Origin: Desulfurococcaceae archaeon
GTDB taxonomy: Archaea; Thermoproteota; Thermoprotei_A; Sulfolobales; Desulfurococcaceae
Direction: 5' to 3'
NCBI GenBank assembly: GCA_038824035.1
Contig: JAWBBW010000002.1
Location: 1-64,000 of the forward strand
DNA: 64,000 nt
In this document: one piece after another, positions 1-10,463 of the stretch
How positions within the stretch are numbered: position 1 is the first letter of the stretch
Layout of the letters: every line of letters begins with the position of its first letter
The notes under the pieces: model-generated
What the model was told of the DNA's origin: nothing
The model's database searches: none
What the model saw: the letters and a program-made list of their open reading frames with translations, nothing else
Position numbers and translations under genes: made by a program

Positions 1-980
<980 letters not shown>

Positions 981-1047
981 TACGGCCGCAGGAGGCGGCC
1001 GGGGTTTTTAGGGCGGGAGTGGCTAGCATCGAGCCCGCCTCCGTAAG

Positions 1048-1088
1048 ACCCGAGTGCCAGGGAGTAGTACTCCCTGGTTTCTCGGGTC
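1048..1088 (-). other. Hairpin in 16S 5' external transcribed spacer
   Basis: gacccgag...ccagggagta-g-tactccctgg...ctcgggtc nested inverted repeat in the GC-rich leader upstream of 16S. Confidence 0.7.
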
Positions 1089-1136
1089 CCCATGGATAAG
1101 TTTACACATCCAGAACTTTATTTCTAATTACCAGGG

Positions 1137-1144
1137 TTTAAATA
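1137..1144 (-). promoter_or_regulatory. Putative TATA box of rRNA operon
   Basis: Minus strand aaagTATTTAAA upstream of the GC-rich ETS. Confidence 0.55.
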
Positions 1145-1194
1145 CTTTATGTCGTTCGAACAACGAGTACATCACACAGCATCGGAGAAGCCTG

Positions 1195-1280
1195 AACTGT
1201 GCCCACGGCAGGAGGCCAGCTCTTCATTCTCCGAGCTAAGCTCGGCGTCAGGCCGCGCCGCCGCCGGGATGCCGTGGGCT
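1195..1280 (-). ncRNA. Candidate H/ACA-like box sRNA (single hairpin with K-turn motif)
   Basis: GC-rich island. 10-bp terminal stem GCCCACGGCA/TGCCGTGGGC followed directly by ACA; internal CTGA...ATGAAGA K-turn-like motif capped by CCGAGC-tta-GCTCGG; TTTAAA about 26 bp upstream (1306-1311). Confidence 0.6.
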
Positions 1281-1472
1281 ATTTCAAAATTATGTTTTTA
1301 GAGGGTTTAAAGTACCTGTACAACAACCATTCCCAACCCCCTTTACCACGCAAGAGGGACCTTGAAATATATCATCATTCCACTAGGACGAACCAGATGA
1401 TTACACCGAAAATGACTTACCATCCCATTAAATCAACCACCGAATTAAATTCAAAGATGAGAAGGGGAAAGA

Positions 1473-1547
1473 CGCCGCCGCCGGGATTTGAACCCGGGTC
1501 ACGGGCTCGACAGGCCCGCATACTAGGCCGGGCTATACTACGGCGGC
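1473..1547 (-). tRNA. tRNA-Asp(GTC), no intron, CCA not encoded
   Basis: GCCGCCGTAGTATAGCCCGG...CGGGC-CTGTCGA-GCCCG...GGTTCAAATCCCGGCGGCGGCG cloverleaf. Confidence 0.97.
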
Positions 1548-1603
1548 ACATACCCGGTTCTCAATATCATACTTTCAACGGGTTTTAAATTTTACCTCAT
1601 ATT

Positions 1604-1819
1604 TCACTTTTGATTCAAGCGAGGATAATATGGTGGTTTTTCATCAAGCTTGAGAACACCTTGAGAAATCTTACTCAATAGCCTATATTCAACGTATTTA
1701 TCCAGGGGGCTGAACCTAGGCGGGTGTGGCACTATTAAATCCCCTCCACAAAAAGGGCATTTATCTCTGTTCAACAAATATCTTCCACATTTAATGCATT
1801 TCCTCATCAACCATTTCAA
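1604..1819 (-). CDS. nop10: H/ACA RNP protein Nop10
   Basis: RKCxxCGRY...CPxCGG...PHPPRFSPxDKY motif; follows aIF2alpha. Confidence 0.95.
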   Translation of the reverse strand: MKWLMRKCIKCGRYLLNRDKCPFCGGDLIVPHPPRFSPLDKYVEYRLLSKISQGVLKLDEKPPYYPRLNQK

Positions 1820-2628
1820 GGCTTACCACGCTCAGCTTTGAAAAACAAGCCAAGTTCCTTAGCTACCTTCTCTCCAATAGCCATGGATTGTGCCAGGATG
1901 TTTTCTGCCGTCTTATAATCCTTAGATGATATCTCCATGATATACCTAGGTGCCCCTGCTGAATATATTCTGAATTTAACAACACCGAGAGATCTCAGAT
2001 ATTCAGCGATATTTTCCAGAAATCTTCTTATCTTAAAGACGCCATCAGGGCTATATGATTGTAAATATATAATTGCCCTAACAACTGCTTCCTTAGCCTT
2101 TATATGTCTCTGCGCCTCTGTTATGATTGGTTCAATCCACTCTTCATTTATACCAGCATCTATCAGTATTTTCCTATTAGAGGATACGGCCTCTTCGAGC
2201 ACATACATCACATCGCCGTACTTATCTTCTAGTTTCCATATCACCTCCCTGTAGGCGCTTTCAATGCTTTTCCCCAGTTTCTGCGCTACTAACTCTATTA
2301 TCTTACATGCCTTGGAATATCTTTTCCACCATAGTATTTTTCTCCTACGATCAATATCTGTGACTTTTTTAAGCGATACATCAACCTCTTTTTTCAATTT
2401 ATCAACACGTATAACCTTAACAACCACCTTTTGCCCTTCACGTATTACATCACGTATATTTTTGACCCACTTAGACGCGATCTCGCTCCATGGCAAAAAC
2501 GCAACCATGTTATTATATTCATCGAGAGTCACATACGCTCCAAAGTCGTGTATCTCCTTTACTGTCGCCACAACGTATTCCCCTATATTTGGGAGTTCAC
2601 GGCGAGAGAGCACCATCTTCTCAATCAC
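1816..2628 (-). CDS. eif2a: Translation initiation factor aIF2 alpha subunit
   Basis: S1 domain (ELPxxGEYVVATV...FGAYVTLDEY), C-terminal GAPRY...DYKTAE. Confidence 0.96.
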   Translation of the reverse strand: MIEKMVLSRRELPNIGEYVVATVKEIHDFGAYVTLDEYNNMVAFLPWSEIASKWVKNIRDVIREGQKVVVKVIRVDKLKKEVDVSLKKVTDIDRRRKILWWKRYSKACKIIELVAQKLGKSIESAYREVIWKLEDKYGDVMYVLEEAVSSNRKILIDAGINEEWIEPIITEAQRHIKAKEAVVRAIIYLQSYSPDGVFKIRRFLENIAEYLRSLGVVKFRIYSAGAPRYIMEISSKDYKTAENILAQSMAIGEKVAKELGLFFKAERGKP

Positions 2629-2657
2629 CTAACACTCTTTACTTTTCGCAAACCAAT

Positions 2658-4721
2658 TTATAATGCCAACTCTAACTTATACACAGCAATAACGTACACA
2701 ACTTCGTAGCTCGCGTACCAAATGCTCACATCATAAACGGGAATCGTGACAACATATATGGGTTTAAATAAGCTTAGATCGCTTCTCAAGCTCGTATAAC
2801 CGATCTGGGCGTTGTAGACAGTATAATTGAGGTAATTGAGTGCATTCACCGTGATCTGGGCAAGTAACGTTCTCTGGCCCCTTGTATTCCATGCTAGATA
2901 TATAGATGTGTCATGAACAGACGTGGTTTGAGTGATAAAGTCACCCATATTCAAACCCGCCAACTCGATATAGAGGGGAAGTCTGCCATGATCCCCTGCT
3001 GGTCTAAAAATGACCTGTGGATAATACCCACCAACAATTTCATATGAGGATGGAACACCTATGTAGATGTCGCCAGCTATCCCACCTCCCACAACTCTGA
3101 TAACAGTGCTAATGCTCGCAGCAAACGTGATCAAAACGTATACATCGTCTACACCGATCTCGTCGCTTATATTCTTCAAGATATTCGCGGCCGTCATTTC
3201 ATCGCTAAGCATTATCCTCGAAACCAGCGATCTTGCATATTGATCGCTTAACACATTGGACAATGCATATGTCTTTATACCTCTTCGAGATAATAGTTCC
3301 TGTAACCATAAACTATAACCCCAATAAGACACGAGCAATATGTTATCACTATTAGCGCTGTTCATGATACTTCTCGTAATATTTGAAACCGCTGTTGACC
3401 ACGTCTCCTTGCTAAATATTAATTTCCCCATATTGCCATATTCCGAGAGCTCTGACAACGAGATGACCGTGTCTTTATCCGGAATACTAAGAGATGCGAC
3501 AATGTTTGCCGTGAACAACCCTATTACTAGTAATATGCTTACAAACCTGGTTAACAATACGCGAGGCCTTTTTTCACTCAAAGCAACATCGATATGAGCC
3601 CGCACGGATTTAGCTAAATAAATGCAGACGAACCCAGCCAATACTGCTAGAAGAGATGATGCATAGGCGACAAGCGATCGCTCCAATAATCCAAAAACGA
3701 GTGAAAATATTAGGGACGATGTGTACATGGGACCTTGTAGACCTTTCCAAACGTTTCCCAAGTATCTTTGTTTCGTGAAAACAATTAAACCTGCAATACC
3801 CAATATGCCTAATATCCCGTAATCAAATACGGGATCGTATTGTTTAAAAGAAGGTATAAAAGTGCCTGGCCAAGCTACATGCCAAGATAGGGCCAGGGCA
3901 AACGTTGTCAACCCGATCATCAACCCGTACATAGTTCTATAAGAGAAGGATGTGTCCTTGGAGATCTTGTTGAATATGAGGGTCAAAATTATCGCTAAGA
4001 TCGACGCACTCAATGGAGGCGATAAATACTCAAGCCCATATAAGGACACGATAATAAGCGATATCGCCACTATGCCTAATCCAGTATATCCTATATATTT
4101 ATCCAAATACCCCTTTACATATAATGCCAACATCGATAATGAAAAGGAGAGGGGCGCGATCCATGCCATATCATGGGACAAAAGGGCTAACAATACCAAT
4201 GATAATGTCGACACCAAGCCAAAGCTTTTTTTACTATGCAATGTGAAAGAGGCAACACTAAATGCCAATAGTAATGGAATACTTAATAAATAAGGACCTT
4301 CATTACCAGGCCTAAAATAATATAGAAAACCAGGCGTAAGAGCCAGTAACAATGTCGAAAATCCGGCAATTAACATGTCTTTGAATAATATCCAAGCATA
4401 TATATACACTAGGACCAGCACAAATGTCCCCGATAAATATGGCAATAGATCAATGGATCTATTTATCAAAATTGACGTCAACCAATATGGTTTCACTATG
4501 TTATAACTACAGTGTTTAGACAATGGATTGATCAAGAGACAGGCTTCATCTATTGACTTACTCGATAACATTAATTTAAACAATGAACTAGCATTATCAC
4601 CATACTGAGTTCTTAGCGACAAACTCATGATAATGAACACTATAATACTGGTCATCAACAAAGTGAAAGAGGTGACCTTCAGTTGCCTTGACACAGCATA
4701 ATCACCTTGACTTGATTTCAA
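2658..4721 (-). CDS. AglB/STT3-like polytopic membrane protein with degenerate catalytic motifs
   Basis: Many N-terminal TM helices then a soluble domain. SYWGYSLW lies at the SWWDYGYW position, followed by SDEMTAANIL..YVLI and GDHGR..IELAG, resembling the AglB C-terminal domain. Confidence 0.6.
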   Translation of the reverse strand: MKSSQGDYAVSRQLKVTSFTLLMTSIIVFIIMSLSLRTQYGDNASSLFKLMLSSKSIDEACLLINPLSKHCSYNIVKPYWLTSILINRSIDLLPYLSGTFVLVLVYIYAWILFKDMLIAGFSTLLLALTPGFLYYFRPGNEGPYLLSIPLLLAFSVASFTLHSKKSFGLVSTLSLVLLALLSHDMAWIAPLSFSLSMLALYVKGYLDKYIGYTGLGIVAISLIIVSLYGLEYLSPPLSASILAIILTLIFNKISKDTSFSYRTMYGLMIGLTTFALALSWHVAWPGTFIPSFKQYDPVFDYGILGILGIAGLIVFTKQRYLGNVWKGLQGPMYTSSLIFSLVFGLLERSLVAYASSLLAVLAGFVCIYLAKSVRAHIDVALSEKRPRVLLTRFVSILLVIGLFTANIVASLSIPDKDTVISLSELSEYGNMGKLIFSKETWSTAVSNITRSIMNSANSDNILLVSYWGYSLWLQELLSRRGIKTYALSNVLSDQYARSLVSRIMLSDEMTAANILKNISDEIGVDDVYVLITFAASISTVIRVVGGGIAGDIYIGVPSSYEIVGGYYPQVIFRPAGDHGRLPLYIELAGLNMGDFITQTTSVHDTSIYLAWNTRGQRTLLAQITVNALNYLNYTVYNAQIGYTSLRSDLSLFKPIYVVTIPVYDVSIWYASYEVVYVIAVYKLELAL

Positions 4722-4788
4722 TATTTAAGATAACTTCAACGAAATTTATAAAACCAGTACATCATGGTATTTGATTGGGGCCTAGGCT

Positions 4789-5163
4789 ATGAGTAGTTCC
4801 TCAAGGATGGAAAACGTTGCATATTTATTTGAATATGAAATATTGCCAAGCCTTATATCAAATATTTTGAGAGTTACTGTAATACTCATATACCTTGCTA
4901 TGATCAGCAATTATCTAAATATATTTACGACCAACACGTTATCCCAGATCACCTTAGGGCGCTTGATGTTATATAGCATCATCACACTATTAGGTCTTAT
5001 AATAGGTGTATTCCTTTCAAAAATATATCCCGCCAAGACGAAAAAACATAGTCAACGAGGTCGTGGTACAGATATCGAGAAACTTCATGCGATCGGACTA
5101 GTAGCGATCTCATGTTTATTAATAATAACATATATAGTCGCAATTATTTCAGGTGTTATCTAG
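4789..5163 (+). CDS. Hypothetical small membrane protein (about 3 TM)
   Basis: 124-aa ORF filling the gap, with three hydrophobic segments. Confidence 0.55.
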   Translation: MSSSSRMENVAYLFEYEILPSLISNILRVTVILIYLAMISNYLNIFTTNTLSQITLGRLMLYSIITLLGLIIGVFLSKIYPAKTKKHSQRGRGTDIEKLHAIGLVAISCLLIITYIVAIISGVI

Positions 5164-5653
5164 GTCCATGGTACTTAAGGAAGGGTTGTTTCATTGGCTC
5201 TCCACAATTACTTATCTCAGCGAGTATGAAATCATCGAGATCTAATAAAACAATATCACCTTTTCTATACAGTTTACCACTGAGCATACATTGATTCTTA
5301 AAGAAATAGAGCACTTTTTCATGATACCTCACCACGAGTGGTGACATCAGATTCTTCTCAGCTCTTACAATGTTTACTAATAAGGCTGAGATCTTTTCAT
5401 CAAAAGACCCCTGTGCTATTTCACCCCTTAGTAGCAGTTTTAACAACCTGGTCCTAGCCAAAATCTCGATATCTTGCTCCACGTTGTCCAGCATTTTACT
5501 GATAATCAATTTACTGTTCTCATTAACAGTATGTATTTTCCAAAGAGCTTTCGTGAAAATGGATAAGATATCCTGTAATCTACTACGGGAGATCGGTGTT
5601 AACGCACTATTTCTCAACTCTTCTCTAATCAAGCGGATTATTAGATCACTCAT
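5156..5653 (-). CDS. GINS complex subunit (Gins15/Gins51-like)
   Basis: Position directly after priS; helical A domain (LARTRLLKL) plus C-terminal B domain (LYRKGDIVLL). Confidence 0.7.
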   Translation of the reverse strand: MSDLIIRLIREELRNSALTPISRSRLQDILSIFTKALWKIHTVNENSKLIISKMLDNVEQDIEILARTRLLKLLLRGEIAQGSFDEKISALLVNIVRAEKNLMSPLVVRYHEKVLYFFKNQCMLSGKLYRKGDIVLLDLDDFILAEISNCGEPMKQPFLKYHGPR

Positions 5654-6783
5654 ACTTTGACCTCTAGATCTGATGCATCAATAGGAACAGCTAATTTCTT
5701 CAGTACCAAATATATTGCTAACTCCGCTTCTAATTTAATTACATCTCCTTTCTTAATACTAATCCGTTGATCCAACACTAATATGTTATTCAAACTCGCA
5801 ACTGGCTTTATTTTTACAAACCCCTTGAAAGGGGAAAACGTAGAGTAGCTTAATTCCTTTGGGTCAATATTCTTAGTGATCTCGACAACTCTAAGCCCTG
5901 CTTTCATATTCAGGCTGTTTCCGAACCTAGATAACCTTGTAATATCCATTGTAACAACCCTGTCTATTTCAATGCAACTTTCTTTGAGTATTTCCTCTAA
6001 ATGATCTTTCCTAATGACATAAATGTCCTTAAACCCCAGCATGTTCCGCCTGCTGATCAATCCTTGCTTTGAAGCTATATTAAATACCCGTTTCCTCAAA
6101 CCAGCTTCATGTGCATCTAAAACAACGTTATTCTTATATGAGGGAAAAACCTTGTCAACAACCAATCCTTCACACGATATGTAATCGGCTATGAGCCTTC
6201 TCTCATCCCTACCGAGGTCTAATACGTCATTATCATATATTTTAATGTGAAAACCTCTGTTCCCGGAAAAATATATCTTGATGTTTTTAAAACCAAGTTC
6301 ATCTTTCAATATATCATTTAATTTCATCGAATCATTTAGTGCCTTTTCTATGCATTGCCATGGAACACCTACGTATTCGATCGGCTTTTCACCATTGGGA
6401 CATTTATCAATATGCTCAGAAGAGGCAAGATTATCTGCTACACATATGTATACAGTGTTTCTACATCCCTCATACTTATCAGCATCAAGATCGAAAAGTA
6501 TCTCGGAGCCTATCCAGGTCTTTTCCTCCATTCTCTCTGCGCCAGGGTTTAGATATAAAGCTGATGAATAATATAGGTGTAAAGGTGTTTTAACATTAAT
6601 TATATAGTTATACAACTGATCCATATATGCGAATGATAAATGGCGTATGTATTTCTCATCTTCTAAACTTTCCAGGGCTATTTCCCTTAAATGAATATAA
6701 GAAGGTTCTTCAAGAGGCCTATGTCTATAGTACTCGCATACTAGATTTTTGATAAATCTATTAATCTGTTCTCGGGGCCACAT
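5650..6783 (-). CDS. priS: DNA primase small (catalytic) subunit
   Basis: LFDLDAD, FSGNRGFH, IDxVVTMDITRLSR motifs. Confidence 0.96.
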   Translation of the reverse strand: MWPREQINRFIKNLVCEYYRHRPLEEPSYIHLREIALESLEDEKYIRHLSFAYMDQLYNYIINVKTPLHLYYSSALYLNPGAERMEEKTWIGSEILFDLDADKYEGCRNTVYICVADNLASSEHIDKCPNGEKPIEYVGVPWQCIEKALNDSMKLNDILKDELGFKNIKIYFSGNRGFHIKIYDNDVLDLGRDERRLIADYISCEGLVVDKVFPSYKNNVVLDAHEAGLRKRVFNIASKQGLISRRNMLGFKDIYVIRKDHLEEILKESCIEIDRVVTMDITRLSRFGNSLNMKAGLRVVEITKNIDPKELSYSTFSPFKGFVKIKPVASLNNILVLDQRISIKKGDVIKLEAELAIYLVLKKLAVPIDASDLEVKV

Positions 6784-7504
6784 AGAACTCTAACTTACCT
6801 CCATTTGGTAATTCATACACCAATCTTATAGGTGTCTCGTTCCCAAATTCCATTAATAAGAATTCGGAAACCTGAGAAGCTGTTGATATATCAATTAAAT
6901 AGTCAAGTGTATATTTGGAACTAGCTTCGCCGAGTATTTCACATTCGAGTAAGGATCCAGAAGAAGTGCTCAATTCTAGCTCAGCATTCCCGATCTCACT
7001 TGATGCCCTAATAATTAGTTTATCACCATCACCTGGAACATGGAATTCTATCACATCGCTGATCGGCTCCAATTCTCTAACAACATCTTTGAACACTTTT
7101 GGCAAGATCTTTCCTCTGAAAGCGACCTCAAAACTGATCTCAGGTATTTCCTGCAGAGTCGTCTCTATACTGGGTATGGTGAACCTTCTAATACCTTTTC
7201 CCTCAAATATGACACTTATTTTTCTTTCACCGATCTCTAGAACAAGTTCATCTCCTTTTCTAGCACGTTTCAAGACCTTGGCAAATTCCTCCATATTTAA
7301 GCCTATGTTGACTTCTCCCGGTATATCAAACTCCGTGAACGATTCCACTGGTATGGCGAGATCTATTAACGCAACCGCGGAAGGATCCATTGCTCTGAGT
7401 TTTAATCCGTTAGGCGAGAAACTTAATGTCGCTTCTTCAATGATCTTGGAGATCGCCACGAATGCATATCTCCACACGATAGCATCTCTAAATCTGATTC
7501 TCAA
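6761..7504 (-). CDS. pcn: PCNA sliding clamp
   Basis: LRAMDPSxVALIDL, C-terminal FYVAPR. Confidence 0.97.
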   Translation of the reverse strand: MRIRFRDAIVWRYAFVAISKIIEEATLSFSPNGLKLRAMDPSAVALIDLAIPVESFTEFDIPGEVNIGLNMEEFAKVLKRARKGDELVLEIGERKISVIFEGKGIRRFTIPSIETTLQEIPEISFEVAFRGKILPKVFKDVVRELEPISDVIEFHVPGDGDKLIIRASSEIGNAELELSTSSGSLLECEILGEASSKYTLDYLIDISTASQVSEFLLMEFGNETPIRLVYELPNGGKLEFYVAPRTD

Positions 7505-7579
7505 CTAAAATCACCACAATTACTGATTTTTATTTTATATAAGGCCAAGGATAAAAAACGAAAATATTGCCAATTCTGC

Positions 7580-7924
7580 TTATTCGTATTCCCTCCACAC
7601 ATAACCACATTTGACACATTTATAAAACCTTGTAGGGGGTTCATCAGCTGCCCGGGTCTGGATCATCCAGTAATAAGCCTCATGTGCACCGCATCTCTTA
7701 CATGTCACATCCTTGGTTATCGGCAGGTTTGATGTATCTATTTCATTTACGACTACAGTTCGCTCTTTCGATGAATGTGCGATCCGCGTGCTTAATCTAT
7801 AACTGTCTTGTACACTGTTCTCTGGCCCTATTTTATAACCACATCTCGAACATATCAAGTGTATCTTGCCATTTTCACGAGATGGTTTAAGTAAGCTACC
7901 ACATCGAGGACAAAATCTAACCAT
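7580..7924 (-). CDS. tfs: Transcription factor S (TFS/RpoM family)
   Basis: Two Zn ribbons; QTRAADEPPTRFYKC. Confidence 0.95.
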   Translation of the reverse strand: MVRFCPRCGSLLKPSRENGKIHLICSRCGYKIGPENSVQDSYRLSTRIAHSSKERTVVVNEIDTSNLPITKDVTCKRCGAHEAYYWMIQTRAADEPPTRFYKCVKCGYVWREYE

Positions 7925-8300
7925 GTGAGATCACCATTTCTCTACATATATCACTGGGATTTATAACAAAGTCTAAGCCCTTATTATTGATGGGCATGTA
8001 TTTTTCAAGCATACATAACATTTTAATAACCATGTCACAATAACTGATCTTTAAAACCAATTCATCGCCTCCTTCTATTATTTTAAAAGACCTTATATAG
8101 CCAGAATATTTATTCCCAGTGCAAACTAAGACATTAGATATCTCGTCCCAAGTGTTCAATAGGCTGGAAAACAAGTTTTCATTGATAATTACAGGTGTTC
8201 TCGTGATCTTTAATTCCTCTATGAAATTTCTTCTATATGTGATCAACACGACATAGTTACCTGTATAGCCATATACCAATAACCTGGATTCTTTTTTCAA
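7917..8300 (-). CDS. Hypothetical protein
   Basis: 127-aa ORF overlapping both neighbours in the operon; no recognised motif. Confidence 0.65.
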   Translation of the reverse strand: MKKESRLLVYGYTGNYVVLITYRRNFIEELKITRTPVIINENLFSSLLNTWDEISNVLVCTGNKYSGYIRSFKIIEGGDELVLKISYCDMVIKMLCMLEKYMPINNKGLDFVINPSDICREMVISHG

Positions 8301-8584
8301 AGCTCGAGAGCCTCCACTAATCTCCTGAACTCCTCTAGTTCTCTTTGTATATTCGTAATTATATCGTTCAAAGTTTTTGATATACTAGCTTTTTCCTTAA
8401 CAATCAATGTGAACTCGATCGCATTTTTCAATGGATGAGGCATTCTATATGAGGCATATTCAACATCTGGATGTACCAATGCTTCTTTAACCAATAGGTT
8501 ACCTAAAGTATGATCCTCTCCTGTAATCTCCAACTTGATCTCCCTATCAGTTCTAGAAATAATTCTCAGCTCCATTGAAATCAC
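8297..8584 (-). CDS. rpoL: RNA polymerase subunit L (Rpo11)
   Basis: GEDHTLGNLL...ASYRMPHPL. Confidence 0.96.
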   Translation of the reverse strand: MISMELRIISRTDREIKLEITGEDHTLGNLLVKEALVHPDVEYASYRMPHPLKNAIEFTLIVKEKASISKTLNDIITNIQRELEEFRRLVEALEL

Positions 8585-8601
8585 CTTTGTTAAGTATTAC
8601 A

Positions 8602-9216
8602 TTAACTTTTCAACGATTTTAAAAATATATCAATAGCCTTTCTCCATTCAATGTTCACTCTCCATAAACTATCTTTATTAACCATGATCCCGAGCTCCTT
8701 TGATCTCTCGATAATGTCCTCCGGTTGTAAACCGGTGATCACGCCACATACAATTACGTAATATCTAGTAGTTTTCCCTTTTAGTGAATCCGGTATTCTT
8801 TTCGCATATTCATCTATTTGTATTATCAAATCCAGGATTTCTTGTAATGGGATATCAGTAATGATCTCGCCAGTCTCTCGATCATAATCGATGAAATGCG
8901 ATGTTCTCTTAAGCACCTCTACTAGAATTCGCAGAGAAACTGTTTTACCTGTGATCTTCTGGAGTTGCTCTATATTAAATCTATACAGACCCCTCATGGG
9001 AACAATGATCTTAGATAACTTGATAAGGTCTTTAATGCTGAGCCACATTCTTTTTATAACACTATCATATCCATATACCTCTATGGTTAGACCATTATTT
9101 GTTATAACAAATTCCATGTACTCTGTGACAGGAATTTTATCCTTTAAAAGTTCATATAGTTTTATACATTCATCCTCACGACATTTTACATGAAATCTTC
9201 TCTTAACAAATGGCAA
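8602..9216 (-). CDS. Conserved archaeal protein (DUF2067-like)
   Basis: Size and position between csl4 and rpoL; family call is from synteny. Confidence 0.55.
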   Translation of the reverse strand: MPFVKRRFHVKCREDECIKLYELLKDKIPVTEYMEFVITNNGLTIEVYGYDSVIKRMWLSIKDLIKLSKIIVPMRGLYRFNIEQLQKITGKTVSLRILVEVLKRTSHFIDYDRETGEIITDIPLQEILDLIIQIDEYAKRIPDSLKGKTTRYYVIVCGVITGLQPEDIIERSKELGIMVNKDSLWRVNIEWRKAIDIFLKSLKS

Positions 9217-9220
9217 TTAA

Positions 9221-9781
9221 TCACCTTAATACATATACGTAACCAGTAGCTATCTTTCTTCTCTCTATATTATTACACATTTTACATACTAATCTATCAC
9301 CATCTCGGTATAATATATTTCCACATACACTACAATAGGCCTCGATAACACCTAGTTGTATATCTTTGATCGTTAATTGGTAGGGAGGAATAGAATTCAA
9401 TACCTTTGCCCTTACATGATCACCGATTCTCACGTATTCATTTATATTAGCTGCTCTCTGTTCACTGGAAACCTGTGATATGTGTATAACACCCATAGCA
9501 GATATTCGTTGATTCCATGCCAAATATATGTACACGAAGACGAGATCGGGGTCAATGGTATTAATAACCTTTCCTTCCACGATAACCCCTGGTTTTAACG
9601 TTAAATTCCTCTTGTTTAGTTGTCTAACCATGATTGTTTTTTTAAACCTATCAATCGATACAACGCCTGCAATAAGTGCCCTTATATTGCCCTTATCGTC
9701 TACATAAACTCCTTGTAAAGGTATAGCTTCTTCCTCGATCGCCACTATCTCGCCAGGTAGTACTATGTCCATGTTAATCAC
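9221..9781 (-). CDS. csl4: Exosome RNA-binding subunit Csl4
   Basis: VLPGE N-terminus, S1 domain, LGVIEAYCSVCG...C..C...ERRK Zn ribbon. Confidence 0.95.
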   Translation of the reverse strand: MINMDIVLPGEIVAIEEEAIPLQGVYVDDKGNIRALIAGVVSIDRFKKTIMVRQLNKRNLTLKPGVIVEGKVINTIDPDLVFVYIYLAWNQRISAMGVIHISQVSSEQRAANINEYVRIGDHVRAKVLNSIPPYQLTIKDIQLGVIEAYCSVCGNILYRDGDRLVCKMCNNIERRKIATGYVYVLR

Positions 9782-10463
9782 CTTTTCTTTTTTTAACTAT
9801 GAGAAAAACTGTCTTCACCCTATATACCCTTCTCCTATGCCTATTATGTAGCATGGGAATTTCGAAATCCAATTGCTCAAACCACTCAATGTTGAAATTC
9901 ACACTCTCAACTATGTTTCTCAGAACTCTGAAAAACCCACATGAGTATTTATGAATACTGTAGACAGTGTTGGAGATTCTCATAGCGTTTACCAAGAACT
10001 TTATATCTAATCCTCTATTTCTCCTCACTACGCCGAATGGGGGATTCATGATTACTAAGTCTATGTTATTCAAAGCTATGCTTGTCGCATCACCCCTTAT
10101 ATATATGATCCTGGCAACCAGTTCCGGGAAATACCTTAATATATTATCTTTACCATATGTAAGTATCTCCTCATCTATGTCAACACATACTCCTCTTAGT
10201 CCGCCCATTAATAATGAAGCAACTAAAAATCTACCATCCCCGCAACCATAATCTGCAATAGACGAATCCACCACATCGCTTTTCATGAACGATGTCCACA
10301 CCACATGAGCTATTATAGAAGATGGAGTTGGATATTGCTCTAAATATCTTTTAACTCTTTCAAATGGCTTGAACACGGATAATGCTTGTTCTAGTGATGA
10401 TTTGTTCCTCGGCGTTGATCTCCCCATGAACCGATGATCACCAGGGATAGATATATTTATCAT
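9774..10463 (-). CDS. METTL5-family N6-adenine RNA methyltransferase
   Basis: LEQYPTP, DYGCGDG, MNPPFG motifs. Confidence 0.88.
   Translation of the reverse strand: MINISIPGDHRFMGRSTPRNKSSLEQALSVFKPFERVKRYLEQYPTPSSIIAHVVWTSFMKSDVVDSSIADYGCGDGRFLVASLLMGGLRGVCVDIDEEILTYGKDNILRYFPELVARIIYIRGDATSIALNNIDLVIMNPPFGVVRRNRGLDIKFLVNAMRISNTVYSIHKYSCGFFRVLRNIVESVNFNIEWFEQLDFEIPMLHNRHRRRVYRVKTVFLIVKKRKGD

Noticed and set aside
1201-1270. Permuted or split tRNA (3' fragment followed by TAGCTC...AGAGC D-arm-like motif)
   Set aside because: The acceptor strands do not pair, there is no anticodon or T arm, and the neighbouring tRNA-Asp is intact
1330-1352. ORB-like G-string (gtggtaaagggggttggg on minus strand)
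   Set aside because: Single copy, lacking the TTCCAxxGAAA core
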